Positions 33,636-47,973 of a stretch of DNA of 64,000 nucleotides are shown here, in pieces. The DNA lies in assembly GCA_963734595.1 (NCBI GenBank), contig CAVTHV010000016.1, forward strand, positions 152,250-216,249, written 5' to 3'. Under the pieces are notes generated by a model. It worked only from the letters and a program-made list of their open reading frames with translations. It was not told the DNA's origin and did not search any database. This DNA comes from an uncultured beta proteobacterium. Its GTDB lineage: Bacteria > Pseudomonadota > Gammaproteobacteria > Burkholderiales > SG8-41. The translations under genes were made by a program, and so were the position numbers. Positions within the stretch are counted from its first letter, which is position 1, and each line of letters begins with the position of its first letter.

Positions 33636-33660
33636 GCCTGCACAATTTCGGTTAACGACC

Positions 33661-35058
33661 ATGCCCGATCTCACGCAAACCTACGATGTTCTGGTAATCG
33701 GCGGCGGCAATGCCGCGCTGTGCGCAGCGATCACCGCCAGGGAAGCCGGAGCTTCGGTGCTGATCCTCGAGTCCGCCCCCAAGGCGTTTCGCGGCGGCAA
33801 CAGCCGCCATACGCGCAATCTGCGCTGCATGCATGACACGCCCATCCACATGCTGACCGAGGCCTATCCCGAAGAAGAGTACTGGCAGGATCTGCTCAAG
33901 GTCACCGGCGGCCAGACCAGCGAAGCGCTCGCGCGCCAGACCATCCGCGAATCGGTGGCCGGCCTGCCATGGATGATCGAGCACGGCGTGCGCTTTCAGC
34001 CGGCCCTGGGCGGCACGCTGCAACTGTCGCGCACCAATTCCTTTTTTCTCGGCGGCGGCAAGGCGCTTCTGAACGCCTACTATCAATCCGCCGAGCGGCT
34101 CGGCGTCGAAATCCTGTATGACGCCGAGGTGAGTGAACTTGAAATACGTGACGGCGAATTCCGTTCGGCAGTGGTCAATTACGCCGGCGCTTCGCATCGG
34201 GTCCGGGCCAGGACGATGGTGGCGGCCTCCGGCGGCTTCGAATCCAACCTGGCCTGGCTGCGGGAAGCCTGGGGTCCCCCGGCCGACAATTTCATCATAC
34301 GCGGCACGCCCTACAACAAAGGGCTCATCCTGCGCGCGCTGATCGACAATGGCGCCAAATCCATCGGCGATCCGACCCAGGGCCATGCCGTGGCCATCGA
34401 TGCCCGTTCCCCCAAGTTCGACGGGGGCATCATCACGCGGGTGGATGCCGTCTCCCTCGGCATCGTCGTCAACACCCACGGTCAGCGTTTCTACGACGAG
34501 GGCGAGGATTTCTGGCCCAAGCGCTACGCCATCTGGGGGCGGCTGGTGGCCCAGCAACCCGACCAGATCGGCTACTCGATTATCGACTCCAAGGCAGTGG
34601 GGAGATTCATGCCCCCGGTCTTTCCCCCGGTCAGGGCCAATTCGATCAGGGAACTCGCCGCAGCCTTCAAGCTCGACCCGTCGAAAGTCCAGGAAACGGT
34701 CGATCGCTTCAACGCCGCGGTGCGGCCGGGAACGTTCAACCACGCCGTGCTCGACGATTGCGCGACCAGCGGCCTCACCCCCCCGAAGACCCACTGGGCG
34801 CGCACCATCGATACGCCGCCGTTCTTCGGCTATCCGCTGCGCTGCGGCATCACATTCACTTACCTCGGCGTCGTCGTCGACGAACGCGCAAGGATGATCA
34901 TGCAGGACGACAAGCCCTCCACCAATATTTTCGCGGCCGGCGAGATCATGGCCGGCAACATCCTCGGCAAAGGCTATCTCGGCGGCATCGGCATGGCCAT
35001 CGGCACGGCATTCGGACGCGCCGCGGGAAAGGAGGCGGCACGCCATGTCCGCCAATGA
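33661..35058 (+). CDS. tcuA: FAD-dependent tricarballylate dehydrogenase TcuA
   Basis: DVLVIGGGNAALCAA, RGGNSRHTRN.RC.H, LSRTN.FFLGGGKAL.NAYY, DEGEDFWPKRYAIWG, AAGEIMAGN.LGKGY. Confidence 0.9.
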   Translation: MPDLTQTYDVLVIGGGNAALCAAITAREAGASVLILESAPKAFRGGNSRHTRNLRCMHDTPIHMLTEAYPEEEYWQDLLKVTGGQTSEALARQTIRESVAGLPWMIEHGVRFQPALGGTLQLSRTNSFFLGGGKALLNAYYQSAERLGVEILYDAEVSELEIRDGEFRSAVVNYAGASHRVRARTMVAASGGFESNLAWLREAWGPPADNFIIRGTPYNKGLILRALIDNGAKSIGDPTQGHAVAIDARSPKFDGGIITRVDAVSLGIVVNTHGQRFYDEGEDFWPKRYAIWGRLVAQQPDQIGYSIIDSKAVGRFMPPVFPPVRANSIRELAAAFKLDPSKVQETVDRFNAAVRPGTFNHAVLDDCATSGLTPPKTHWARTIDTPPFFGYPLRCGITFTYLGVVVDERARMIMQDDKPSTNIFAAGEIMAGNILGKGYLGGIGMAIGTAFGRAAGKEAARHVRQ

Positions 35059-36164
35059 TCTGATCAAGCAGGTCGAGTTCGACATGCAGGTGTGCAACGC
35101 CTGCCGCTACTGCGAGGGCTATTGCGCGGTGTTTCCCGGCCATGGAGCGGCGGCTCACTTTTTCCGTGACGGACATGCATTATCTCGCCAACCTCTGCCA
35201 CAACTGCGGTTCCTGTTTCTACGCCTGCCAGTTTTCGCCGCCGCACGAATTCAACGTGAACCTGCCGCGGCACCTGGCCGAGCTGCGCGGCGAAACTTAC
35301 CGCAACTACGCGTGGCCGGGATTTCTCTCCGGCCTGTTTGCGCGCAACGGACTGGCGGTGTCCCTGATCACCGCGGCCAGCTTTGCGCTGTTCCTGCTGC
35401 TGACCTTTTATTTCCAGAATCCCGCCGTGTTGTTTTCCGCCCATGCCGGCGAGGGCTCGTTCTACCAGGTCATCCCCCACAACGTGATGGCGCTGACCTT
35501 TGGCGCCGTCGCCCTCTACGTGCTTGTGGCCTTCATCGTCGGCTTCGCGCGCTTCTGGCGCGACATGGGCGAGAGCCTGGCGGATTTCGCGCGTCCGGTG
35601 ACGCTCGGGCAGGCGACCTGGGACGTGCTGCGCCTCAAGTATCTTGACGGCGGTGGCGACGGCTGCACTTATCCGGATGAATATCCGTCGCATGCACGGC
35701 GCTGGTTCCATCATTTCACCTTCTATGGCTTCATGCTGTGCTTCGCTGCGACCGTGACCGGCACCGTCTACCATTACGCATTCGGCTGGCATGCCCCTTA
35801 TGCCTTCTCCAGCCTGCCCGTGCTGTTCGGCACCGCCGGCGGAATCGGCTTGCTGATCGGGCCGGCGGGGCTGCTGTGGCTCAAAGGCCGGCGCGATCCC
35901 GAAACTTCCGCGCCGAAGCAGCTGGGCATGGATGTCGGGTTCCTCGCCTTGCTGTTCCTGACCAGCCTCACCGGTCTCTTGCTGCTCGCCGTGCGCGACA
36001 CGGCCGCGATGGGCATGCTGCTGGCCATCCACCTGGGCATCGTGCTGGCGCTTTTCCTGACGCTGCCCTACGGCAAGTTCGTGCACGCGATCTACCGCTT
36101 CGCCGCGCTCGTGCGCTATGCGCTCGAACGATCGCGCCCGGCGCCAAACGTCACATTCGAATAA
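35045..36164 (+). CDS. tcuB: Tricarballylate utilization 4Fe-4S membrane protein TcuB (frameshift near 35138)
   Basis: CNACRYCEGYCAVFP, YLANLCHNCG.C..ACQ..PPHEF.VN, PYGKFVH. Confidence 0.9.
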
Positions 36165-36245
36165 AATCAGGCCTGCGAACGACGCGCGATCGGCAGCAGG
36201 CGGAATTTTTCGTTGAGCTAGCATAGATACCCAGGAGGGGGAACC

Positions 36246-37022
36246 ATGAATGCGCCGGCGATCAATATCAACAAACCGGTTCGCGAGCAGGTCAGCAGGG
36301 AAGAATGGGAAGTGCGGGTCAACCTCGCCGCCTGCTACCGGTTGATGCACGAGTTCGGCATGGTCGAGATGGTCGCCAACCATATTTCGGCGCGCGTGCC
36401 CGGCACGGAGAACGAGTTCCTGATCAACCCCTACGGCATGCTCTACGAGGAAATGACCGCCTCGAGCATGATCCGGATCGACATCGACGGCAACGTGCTG
36501 TTCAATGCGACCGATTACGGCATCAACCAGGCCGGCTACGTGATCCACGGCGCCGTGCACGCCGCGCGCCATGACGTGGATTGCATCATTCATACCCACA
36601 CGCTGGCCGGCATGGCGGTCTCCGCCATGAAGTGCGGGATCATGCCGATCGCGCAATCCTCGATGCGCTTCGCCGACATCGCCTATCACGATTACGAAGG
36701 AATCGCATTGCGCCTGGACGAGCGCGAACGCCTGGTGAAGAACCTGGGCGACCGCACGGCGATGGTCCTGCGCAACCACGGACTGCTCACGGTCGGCCCG
36801 AGCATCCCCGAGTGTTTCAACAACATGTTCCGCCTGGAGCGCGCCTGCCAGCTGCAGGTGATGGCGCTGTCGTGCAACACCGAGCTGCAGCTGCCGCCGG
36901 ATGAAGTGGTCAAATACACCAACCATCAGATGCTGCCCGGAACGCGGCGCCGTTTCGGCCTGCTCGAATGGCCGGCGCTGCTGAGAAAGCTCGACCGCAC
37001 CGATCCCTCATATCGCGATTAA
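36246..37022 (+). CDS. Class II aldolase/adducin family protein
   Basis: EEWEVRVNLAACYR, NHISAR, AGYVIH..VH.AR, HTHT, LRNHGLL. Confidence 0.9.
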   Translation: MNAPAININKPVREQVSREEWEVRVNLAACYRLMHEFGMVEMVANHISARVPGTENEFLINPYGMLYEEMTASSMIRIDIDGNVLFNATDYGINQAGYVIHGAVHAARHDVDCIIHTHTLAGMAVSAMKCGIMPIAQSSMRFADIAYHDYEGIALRLDERERLVKNLGDRTAMVLRNHGLLTVGPSIPECFNNMFRLERACQLQVMALSCNTELQLPPDEVVKYTNHQMLPGTRRRFGLLEWPALLRKLDRTDPSYRD

Positions 37023-37034
37023 AACAAGGTAAGC

Positions 37035-37114
37035 ATGAGGCGTTGAGGTAACCCGGTATCCGCCTCATCCTTCAGTCCCTCATCCCTCATCCCTCTATCC
37101 TCTCTATCCCTCAC
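37035..37114. repeat. Heptamer cassette, GAGGGAT family (long right arm, short left arm)
   Basis: ATGAGGCGTTGAGGTAACCCGG ... CCTCATC-CTTCAGTC-CCTCATC-CCTCATC-CCTCTATC... Confidence 0.75.
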
Positions 37115-37119
37115 CCACC

Positions 37120-38001
37120 ATGACTCAACCTCCGTTATGCCAGGGGCCGGACGCGAAGCCGCGTAAGCCCAAATACGCGATCCCCGCAGGTACCGTGGAT
37201 TGCCACTGCCACGTCTTCGAGGATCAGAGCCGTTATCCGCTGGTCGCCGTCCGCAGCTACACGCCGCCGCTGTGCACGCTGGCGGACTATCTCGGGATGT
37301 GCGAAGTGCTGGGAATCGAGCGCACCGTCCAGGTCAACGCCAGCGTCTACGGCTTCGACAATTCGGTGTCGCTCGCCGTCATCGCCGAGCTCGGCCAGAA
37401 GCGCGCACGCGGCGTCGCCGGCGTCGCGCCCGATGTTTCCGCCACGGAAATCGAACGCCTGCACAAGGGCGGCATGCGCGGCGTGCGGCTCTCCACCATG
37501 GTCAAAGGCTACGGCGGCACCGAGCTGATCGATGCCATGGCGGTCAAAATCAAGCCCTATGGCTGGCATGTGCAGCTGCACGTCGACAAGTGCGCGGAAC
37601 TGGTGCCGCTCGAACAGAAGCTGCTCGACTGCCCGACGCCGATCGTGTTCGACCACCTCGGGCGCGTGCGCGGCGGCGAAGGCGTGAGCGCGCCCGGCTT
37701 TCAGGCGCTGCTCAGAATCATCCGGCAGCGCAACGATTGCTGGGTCAAGATTTCGAGCTGGTACCGGTTGTCCGATTCGGGCCCGCCGCACTACACCGAC
37801 GTGAAGCCGCTGGTGGAGGCGCTGGTCGCGGCCCGCCCCGACCGCCTGGTCTGGGGCAGCAACTGGCCGCATCCGGTGTGGGGCGGATTCATGCCCAACG
37901 ACGGCGACCTGCTCGATCTGTTCTGCGAGTGGATTCCCGACGAAGCCGTGCGCCGGCAGATCCTGGTCGCCAATCCCGCCCGGCTCTACGGCTTCGGGTA
38001 A
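37120..38001 (+). CDS. Amidohydrolase_2 family (LigI/lactonase-like) protein
   Basis: DCHCHVF, VQ..SVYGFDN, GMRGVR, GWHVQL, FDHLG, WVKIS, RLVWGSNWPHP, NPARLYGF. Confidence 0.88.
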   Translation: MTQPPLCQGPDAKPRKPKYAIPAGTVDCHCHVFEDQSRYPLVAVRSYTPPLCTLADYLGMCEVLGIERTVQVNASVYGFDNSVSLAVIAELGQKRARGVAGVAPDVSATEIERLHKGGMRGVRLSTMVKGYGGTELIDAMAVKIKPYGWHVQLHVDKCAELVPLEQKLLDCPTPIVFDHLGRVRGGEGVSAPGFQALLRIIRQRNDCWVKISSWYRLSDSGPPHYTDVKPLVEALVAARPDRLVWGSNWPHPVWGGFMPNDGDLLDLFCEWIPDEAVRRQILVANPARLYGFG

Positions 38002-38167
38002 TCTCCCCGCCGCACAGCGGCGTGCGCATGGGCGCGGAGCGGTGCCGCGTATCGCTCCTGCCCCGGATGATTCAACATTTTATTTATAAACAGCGCACTA
38101 CGATTGCATTTGCGGCGTCCGCAACCGACGGTCGGTTGAACCCTGACGCACCTGGATACGGATCAGG

Positions 38168-39167
38168 ATGATCGCTCCTCTTCTGCCGGCCCGCCCGTAT
38201 GCCTCGCCATGGTGGCTGCCAAGTGGCCATGCCCAGACCATTTACGCGGCAATGGCCGCGCCGCGCCCGCATGTCGTCTACCGCCGCGAGCGCTGGGACA
38301 CGCCCGACGGCGACTTCATCGATCTCGACTGGCTCGAGCAGGATTCAGGATCCGGCATCCAGGATTCCGAAAAAACACCTCTGTTGGTATTGTTTCACGG
38401 GCTCGAAGGCAATTCGCAAAGTCATTACGCCGTCGCGCTGATGGCAGCGCTGCAGAAAGCCGGCTGGCGCGGCGTGGTGATCCACTTCCGCGGCTGCAGC
38501 GGCGAACTGAACCGGCTGCCCCGTGCTTATCATTCCGGCGACAGCGCCGAGATCGACTGGATTTTGCGCCGGCTGAGGCAGCGGCATCCGGCCGCGCCGC
38601 TTCACGCGGTCGGCGTATCGCTCGGGGGCAACGCGCTGCTGAAATGGCTCGGCGAGCAGCGCGAAGATGCGGCCGGGATCACTCCGCGCCGCCGTCGCGG
38701 TATCGGCGCCGGTCGATCTGATGGCGGCGGGCGATGCGCTCGGCCACGGCTTCAATCTTTTCTACGCCCGACACTTCCTGGCGACGATGAAGCGCAAATC
38801 GATGATCAAACTCGCGCGTTTCCCGCGCCTGTTCGACGGCGAAAAGTTGCGCGCCGCGAATACGTTGCGCGCATTCGACGACCTGGTCACCGCGCCGCTG
38901 CACGGCTACAGGAACACCGACGATTACTGGACGCGCGCCAGCAGCAAGCCGCTGCTGCGCGATATCGCGGTGCCGACGCTGCTCGTCAACGCCCGCAACG
39001 ACCCGTTCCTGCCGCGGAGCGCGCTGCCGCAGGCGCATGAAGTGTCGGCCGCGGTCACGATCGAGTTCCCGGAAGCAGGCGGACACGCGGGATTTGTTGC
39101 CGGAACCCTGCCCGGCCATCTCGGCTGGCTGCCGCAGCGCATCCTGGGTTTCTTCGGCAACGTCTGA
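38168..39167 (+). CDS. YheT-family alpha/beta hydrolase (frameshift near 38680)
   Basis: WLPSGHAQTI, PDGDFIDLDW, FHGLEG, RAYHSGD, GVSLGGN, FDDLVTAPLHG, NDPF, GGH.GF. Confidence 0.88.
38339..38366. repeat. Heptamer array (CAGGATT type) inside the YheT coding sequence
   Basis: CAGGATT-CAGGATC-CGGCATC-CAGGATT encoding QDSGSGIQDS; same unit as 9137-9157. Confidence 0.65.
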
Positions 39168-39212
39168 CATGTCATAATTCGAATCTTGCCACATCGAGCC
39201 TCAATCACCCGC

Positions 39213-40583
39213 ATGTCCATCCCCTCCGAAATCTTCAAGGCTTACGACATCCGCGGCATCGTCGGCCGCACCCTGACGCCGCAGATCACCGAAATCATCG
39301 GCCAGGCCATCGGCTCCGAGGCCAGAGCCCGCAAGCAGGTTGCGATCGCGATCGGCCGCGACGGCCGCCTTTCCGGACCGGAACTGTCGGCCGCGCTCGC
39401 CAACGGCATCCGCCAAAGCGGCATCGACGTCGTCGACGTCGGCCGGGTAGCCACGCCCATGCTCTACTTCGCCACCCATCATCTGCAGACCCACTCCGGC
39501 GTGATGGTGACCGGCTCGCACAATCCGCCCGAATACAACGGCCTCAAGATGATGCTCGGCGGCGAAACGCTTGCCGGAGAGGCGATCCAGGCGCTGCGCG
39601 CGCGCATCGAGCGCGGCGAACTCGCCAACGGCGCCGGCGGATACCGCGAGTTCGATATCCGCGAACACTACCTGAAGCGGGTCACCGGCGACATCAAGCT
39701 CGCGCGCCCGCTCAAGCTCGTCGTCGACTGCGGCAACGGCGTCGCCGGCGCGACGGCGCCGGAGCTCTACCGGCGGCTCGGCTGCGAGGTGCGCGAGCTC
39801 TTTTGCGAAGTCGACGGCAATTTCCCCAACCACCATCCCGATCCCTCGCATCCCGAAAACCTCGCCGATCTCATCAACGCGCTCAAGTCCGGCGGCGACA
39901 TCGGGTTTGCCTTCGACGGCGACGGCGACCGGCTGGGCGTGGTGACGCCCGCCGGCAAGATCATCTATCCGGACCGCCAGCTGATGCTGTTTGCCGCCGA
40001 CGTGTTGAAGCGCAATCCCGGGGCCGAGATCATTTTCGACGTCAAATCGACGCGCAATCTGTTCAGCTGGATCAGGGAGCATGGCGGGAAACCCCTGATG
40101 TGGAAGACCGGCCACTCGTTCATCAAGAAAAAACTGCAGGAAACCGGCGCGCCGCTCGCCGGCGAAATGAGCGGGCATGTGTTCTTCAAGGAACGCTGGT
40201 ACGGCTTCGACGATGCGCTTTATGCCGGCGCGCGCATGCTTGAAATCCTGTCCCGCGAGCGCGACCCCGCCGCCGTGCTCGAGCAACTGCCCGACGCCGT
40301 CAACACGCCCGAACTGCACCTGAAGCTTGCCGAGGGCGAAAACTTCACGCTGATGGAAAAGCTGCGCCAAAGCGCGCGGTTCGACGCCGCGCGGGAAGTG
40401 ATCACGATCGACGGGCTGCGCGTCGAATACAGCGACGGCTTCGGCCTCGCGCGCCCGTCGAACACCACGCCGGTCATCGTGCTGCGCTTCGAGGCGGAGA
40501 ACGAAGCCGCCATCAAACGCATTCAGGAGGATTTCCGGCGCGCGATCCTCGCCGTCAAACCCGGCGCCGTGCTGCCGTTCTAA
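39213..40583 (+). CDS. Phosphomannomutase/phosphoglucomutase (AlgC-like)
   Basis: [34 protein letters not shown]. Confidence 0.95.
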   Translation: MSIPSEIFKAYDIRGIVGRTLTPQITEIIGQAIGSEARARKQVAIAIGRDGRLSGPELSAALANGIRQSGIDVVDVGRVATPMLYFATHHLQTHSGVMVTGSHNPPEYNGLKMMLGGETLAGEAIQALRARIERGELANGAGGYREFDIREHYLKRVTGDIKLARPLKLVVDCGNGVAGATAPELYRRLGCEVRELFCEVDGNFPNHHPDPSHPENLADLINALKSGGDIGFAFDGDGDRLGVVTPAGKIIYPDRQLMLFAADVLKRNPGAEIIFDVKSTRNLFSWIREHGGKPLMWKTGHSFIKKKLQETGAPLAGEMSGHVFFKERWYGFDDALYAGARMLEILSRERDPAAVLEQLPDAVNTPELHLKLAEGENFTLMEKLRQSARFDAAREVITIDGLRVEYSDGFGLARPSNTTPVIVLRFEAENEAAIKRIQEDFRRAILAVKPGAVLPF

Positions 40584-40890
40584 TCGCTGATGATTGTTCC
40601 GGCGGTGTTGTCGACCATCACCGGCGAGTCGACATAGAGGATCTCGGGCGGGGCGCCGTATTTGCCGGCGACGAAGCTCTGCCACTCCGGCGAGTAGAAC
40701 TGCTGCGCCCGTGCTTTCGATTCCCAGACATAGATGCCGCCGGCGCGCAGACCGTCTTCGGTCAGGAAATAGTTCTTGCGCAGCAGCCCGGGCAGGTTCA
40801 GGTATTTGGGTGCCGTGCTCTCAAATACGGCCCGCATCTCCTCCAGCGTCCGGCGTTGATCAGTTTGAAGCTGACGATCGCCACGATCAT
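40580..40890 (-). CDS. YdhR-like/dimeric alpha-beta barrel putative monooxygenase (one missing base near 40860)
   Basis: [10 protein letters not shown] then [28 protein letters not shown]...AGGIYVWES...DSPVMVDN. Confidence 0.75.
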
Positions 40891-40934
40891 GACGCCCCCC
40901 TTGAAGGTCCGGTTCTCCGAGAGTGCTTGAAGTG

Positions 40935-40964
40935 CCCGGGTTACCTCCCTCATCCCTCATCCCT
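40935..40964. repeat. Heptamer arm, GAGGGAT family, after the duplicated alaS end
   Basis: Minus strand AGGGATGAGGGATGAGGGAGGTAACCCGGG; shares GAGGTAACCCGG with 37045-37056. Confidence 0.7.
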
Positions 40965-41060
40965 ATAAGTCGCTGCTTCACCCACTCTTGCACCGATGCT
41001 AGCGCCTGCGGCAAGTGCCCGGGGTTGGTGCCGCCAGCCTGGGCCATATCCGGGGCGGCC
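40962..41060 (-). repeat. Diverged direct duplicate of the alaS 3' end
   Basis: 40973-41053 vs 41131-41211: 72/81 identical; [27 protein letters not shown] vs [27 protein letters not shown]; both end in TTATAG. Confidence 0.92.
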
Positions 41061-41121
41061 GTGACTCGGTGCCGCAGCGCGGCCGAGTGCGGGAACGGAC
41101 GCCGCGGCCGGATATCACTTC

Positions 41122-43780
<2,659 letters not shown>

Positions 43781-44130
43781 TCACGGCAGGCGCTTGGTTT
43801 CCCTGACCCGCAGTCCCACTGACTGCCCGTCGATAATCACCGCGCTTTTCACGATCCCTTTCAGCGCAACATGGTCATTGACCGCCGGCAGATCGCCTTC
43901 GGTCGAGACCGTAATCTCCGCGGTATCGTCGCGCAAGGTGTAGGTCTTCACGTCCAGCAGCGGCACCTTGGTCACGTCTCTTGACGGTGCCTTTGAGCTT
44001 GACTTCCTTGCCTTCGAAATTCGCCGGCGCGGCGACGATGTCGCGGACCGGGGTGTAGCCGAACGGCAGATAATCGCAGCCGGCGAGCGCCAGCGTCACA
44101 AGCAATACCAGCCCATTTCCCGTTACTCAT
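43781..44130 (-). CDS. Putative OB-fold lipoprotein (frameshifted; start uncertain)
   Basis: Lipobox LALAGC, FEGKEVKLKGTV, then YTLRDDTAEITV...LPAVNDHV.LKG in a shifted frame. Confidence 0.55.
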
Positions 44131-44567
44131 CTTCACCACCCTGTTTGATCACGCGCAATACCGTCTCCAGCGCAAACCCGCGGCTCTGCATGAACCTCAC
44201 CTGCTTTGCGCGCTCGGCCATGTTGCGCGGGAGCTTCCCGAATTTTCTCTGCCACAGCGCGCGCGCCGCGTCGGCATCGCCGTCCCGCAACTGCGGCAGC
44301 GCCTGCGCCACCAGTTCCTCGGCGATCCCCTTGTCGAGCAGTTCCTGCCGGATACGCTGGCTGCCGTGCTTGCCGCGCCGCGCATGGACCAGCTGCTCGA
44401 CGACGCGCTGCTCGGACAACCAGCCGCGGCGGACCAGATCCCCGATCAGGTTTTCCAGCTCTTCCGGATCCGGGGCATGCGGCGCCAGCTTGCGCTGCAG
44501 TTCCAGCCGCGAATGCTCGCGGCGCGCGAGCAGCCTCAGCGCCCGGGCGCGCAGGCTGGGTTCCGGC

Positions 44568-44596
<29 letters not shown>
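44123..44596 (-). CDS. recX: Recombination regulator RecX
   Basis: [36 protein letters not shown]; downstream of recA. Confidence 0.93.
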
Positions 44597-45588
<992 letters not shown>

Positions 45589-45703
45589 TTTTTTCCTCTG
45601 CGAATAAGCTTGAAATTATGGCACAACTCGGGGCACAAGTCGCTTGGTTGCGGGCTCTTGAGCGCTTAACGCAGCCGTCCGGCGGCGGATGACCGGCGGT
45701 TAA

Positions 45704-46204
45704 TTATTTTGCCACGCCTTCCAGCAGGCGCAGCACGCCTTCGAGCGCGTGCGTCACCGCCTGCCTGCGCACCGCCTCGCGGTTACCGGAAAAATGCCGC
45801 GTTTCCGAATGCGTTTCGCCATCCTTTGCGCTCCACGCCAGGCACACCGTGCCGACCGGCTTCTCCAGCGTGCCGCCGCCCGGCCCGGCGGTGCCGCTGA
45901 CCGCGACGGCGATCTGGGCGTGGCTCGCGGCAAGCGCACCCCGCGCCATTTCGCGCACCGTCGGCTCCGCAACCGCCCCATGTTGGGCCAGGGTATCGGC
46001 ACTCACACCCAGCATTTCGCGCTTGGAGACATAGGTATAGGTGACAAAGCCGCGCTCGAACCACGCCGAGCTGCCGGGCACCATGGTCACCGCTTCGGCG
46101 ATCCAGCCGCCGGTGCAGGACTCGGCGGTCGCCAGCATCAGCCCCCGCGTTTTCAGCGCCTGCCCGACCTCGTCCGCCAGGCGATACAGTTTTTCGTCAG
46201 ACAT
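45704..46204 (-). CDS. CinA C-terminal / NMN amidohydrolase PncC family
   Basis: ATAESCTGG, PGSS.WF..GFVTY, GTAGPGGG..EKPVGTV. Confidence 0.92.
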   Translation of the reverse strand: MSDEKLYRLADEVGQALKTRGLMLATAESCTGGWIAEAVTMVPGSSAWFERGFVTYTYVSKREMLGVSADTLAQHGAVAEPTVREMARGALAASHAQIAVAVSGTAGPGGGTLEKPVGTVCLAWSAKDGETHSETRHFSGNREAVRRQAVTHALEGVLRLLEGVAK

Positions 46205-46211
46205 GACTTCC

Positions 46212-46709
46212 TCAAATCGGGAAAAAAGCCCGCCACAGCGCCAGCAGCAGCAGGACGTAGAACGCCGCGACCAGGTCATCGAGCATCACACCGAAGCCGT
46301 TCTTGAAGGTCCGGTCGTAGTAGCGAATCGGCTGCGGCTTGAGAATATCGAACACCCGGAACAGCAGGAACGCGCAGGCCTGCCAGTAGAGGGAGTCCGG
46401 CGTGAAGAACAGCACCAGCAGAAACGCGACGACCTCGTCCCACACCATGCCGCCGTGGTCGGCCACGCCGAGTGCGCGCCCGGTTTTTCCGCAGGCCCAG
46501 ATGCCGGCGACGAACATGACCGCAAGCAGCGCCAGAAACTCGCCTGCCGCAAGCCGCGGCGCGAGCCCCCAGAACAGGGGAAAGGCGAGCAGCGTTCCAG
46601 CGGTGCCCGGCGCGACGGGAACGAGACCCGCTCCGAAGCCGAACGCCAGAAAGTGCGCCGGATGCCGCAGCACGAAGCGCCATGACGGTCTGGGTCCGGT
46701 GTTAGCCAA
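46212..46709 (-). CDS. pgpA: Phosphatidylglycerophosphatase A
   Basis: AFGFGAGL.P.APGT.GTL, DHG..VWDE, FR.FDI.KP, GVMLDD. Confidence 0.94.
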   Translation of the reverse strand: MANTGPRPSWRFVLRHPAHFLAFGFGAGLVPVAPGTAGTLLAFPLFWGLAPRLAAGEFLALLAVMFVAGIWACGKTGRALGVADHGGMVWDEVVAFLLVLFFTPDSLYWQACAFLLFRVFDILKPQPIRYYDRTFKNGFGVMLDDLVAAFYVLLLLALWRAFFPI

Positions 46710-47679
46710 AATGATCGAATCCGCTGTGATCGATGTGGATCAACCCGCCGTCGCGCGCCCGCACCGCAACTTGCGGCGTGTTGCGTGCGGCACGCCGCAC
46801 CACGCCGATGCAGGTCAGCTTCAGCCCGAGACGGCGCGCGATGCCGAGGACGGCACCATGCCTGGCGGGCGCCGCGGTAAAGCACAGCTCGTAATCGTCG
46901 CCGCCGGCGAGGACCGCAGCGCGCGCGGCGGATTGCTGCAGATGACGCCTCATGATCGCCGAAACCGGCAGCCGCTCGAACTCGATGTCCGCGGCAACGC
47001 CCGAGCGCTCGCAGATATGGCCGAGATCGGCGAGCAGGCCGTCGGAGATGTCGATCGCGCTGTGGGCGATTTTTCGCAGCGCTGCGCCGAGCGCGATGCG
47101 CGGCACGGGCTGGTGCAATCGCCGCGCGACCGCCGCGAGTTCCTGCCGCCCGAGGCTGATGCGCTTCTCGAACGCCGCCAGCGCCAGCGCCGCATCGCCC
47201 AGATGCCCCGACACCCAGATTTCATCGCCCGCGCGCGCGCCATCGCGCCGCAAGGCACGGCCGGCCGGCACCTCGCCCATGATCTGCACGCAGATATTGA
47301 GCGGGCCGCGGGTGGTGTCGCCGCCGATCAGATCGACGCGGTGCTTGCGCGCCAGCCGCATGAAGCCGCCGGCAAAGGCGCGCAGCCAGGATGCATCGGC
47401 TTCGGGAAGCGCGAGCGACAAAGTCACCCAGCGCGGCGTCGCGCCCATCGCCGCCATGTCGGAAAGATTGACCGCCAGCGCCTTGTGCCCGAGCTGCGCG
47501 GGGTCGGCGTCGGCAAAAAAATGCCGCCCGCAGACCAGCATGTCGGTGGACACCGCCAGTTCCATGCCGCGCGCAACGCGGACCAGCGCCGCATCGTCGC
47601 CCACGCCGAGCAGCGTGCCGGGAGCCGGATACGTGAAATAGCGCTTGATCAGCTCGAATTCGGTCAGCGGGCGCTTCAC
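46702..47679 (-). CDS. thiL: Thiamine-phosphate kinase
   Basis: EFELI.RYF, GVGDDAA, KALAVNLSD.AAMGA.P, LIGGDTT, DISDGL, GGDDYEL. Confidence 0.95.
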   Translation of the reverse strand: MKRPLTEFELIKRYFTYPAPGTLLGVGDDAALVRVARGMELAVSTDMLVCGRHFFADADPAQLGHKALAVNLSDMAAMGATPRWVTLSLALPEADASWLRAFAGGFMRLARKHRVDLIGGDTTRGPLNICVQIMGEVPAGRALRRDGARAGDEIWVSGHLGDAALALAAFEKRISLGRQELAAVARRLHQPVPRIALGAALRKIAHSAIDISDGLLADLGHICERSGVAADIEFERLPVSAIMRRHLQQSAARAAVLAGGDDYELCFTAAPARHGAVLGIARRLGLKLTCIGVVRRAARNTPQVAVRARDGGLIHIDHSGFDHFG

Positions 47680-47690
47680 TCCCTTACCTT

Positions 47691-47948
47691 TTACCCTTGA
47701 CCCTTCGCTTCCGCAGCCTTGCGCTGCTGCTCCTCAAGCTGCTTCAGCTGCTCGAGCCATTTCTTTTTCAGCACTTTCGGAAAATAAAAATCGACTGCGG
47801 CAAAACCGAAGAAGAACAGCACCATCATGATGACGGTGTTGCGCGGCAGGAAAGAACTTCCCGCGATGAGCACATACAAACCGAGGACGAGGTTGACGAC
47901 CCCGGCAAAATAAAAGGCATAAATGCGTTTCTTGAGTCGCGGATCCAA
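47691..47948 (-). CDS. Small two-TM membrane protein
   Basis: TTG start after GGGAGGGAG; LDPRLKKRIYAFYFAG...two hydrophobic helices; last codons and stop formed by AAGGGTM-type heptamers. Confidence 0.6.
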   Translation of the reverse strand: MDPRLKKRIYAFYFAGVVNLVLGLYVLIAGSSFLPRNTVIMMVLFFFGFAAVDFYFPKVLKKKWLEQLKQLEEQQRKAAEAKGQG

Positions 47949-47973
47949 TTCTCCCTCCCGAAAATATTGCCGC

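Noticed and set aside
45589-45703. LexA box upstream of recA
   Set aside because: No CTGT-N8-ACAG match is visible.
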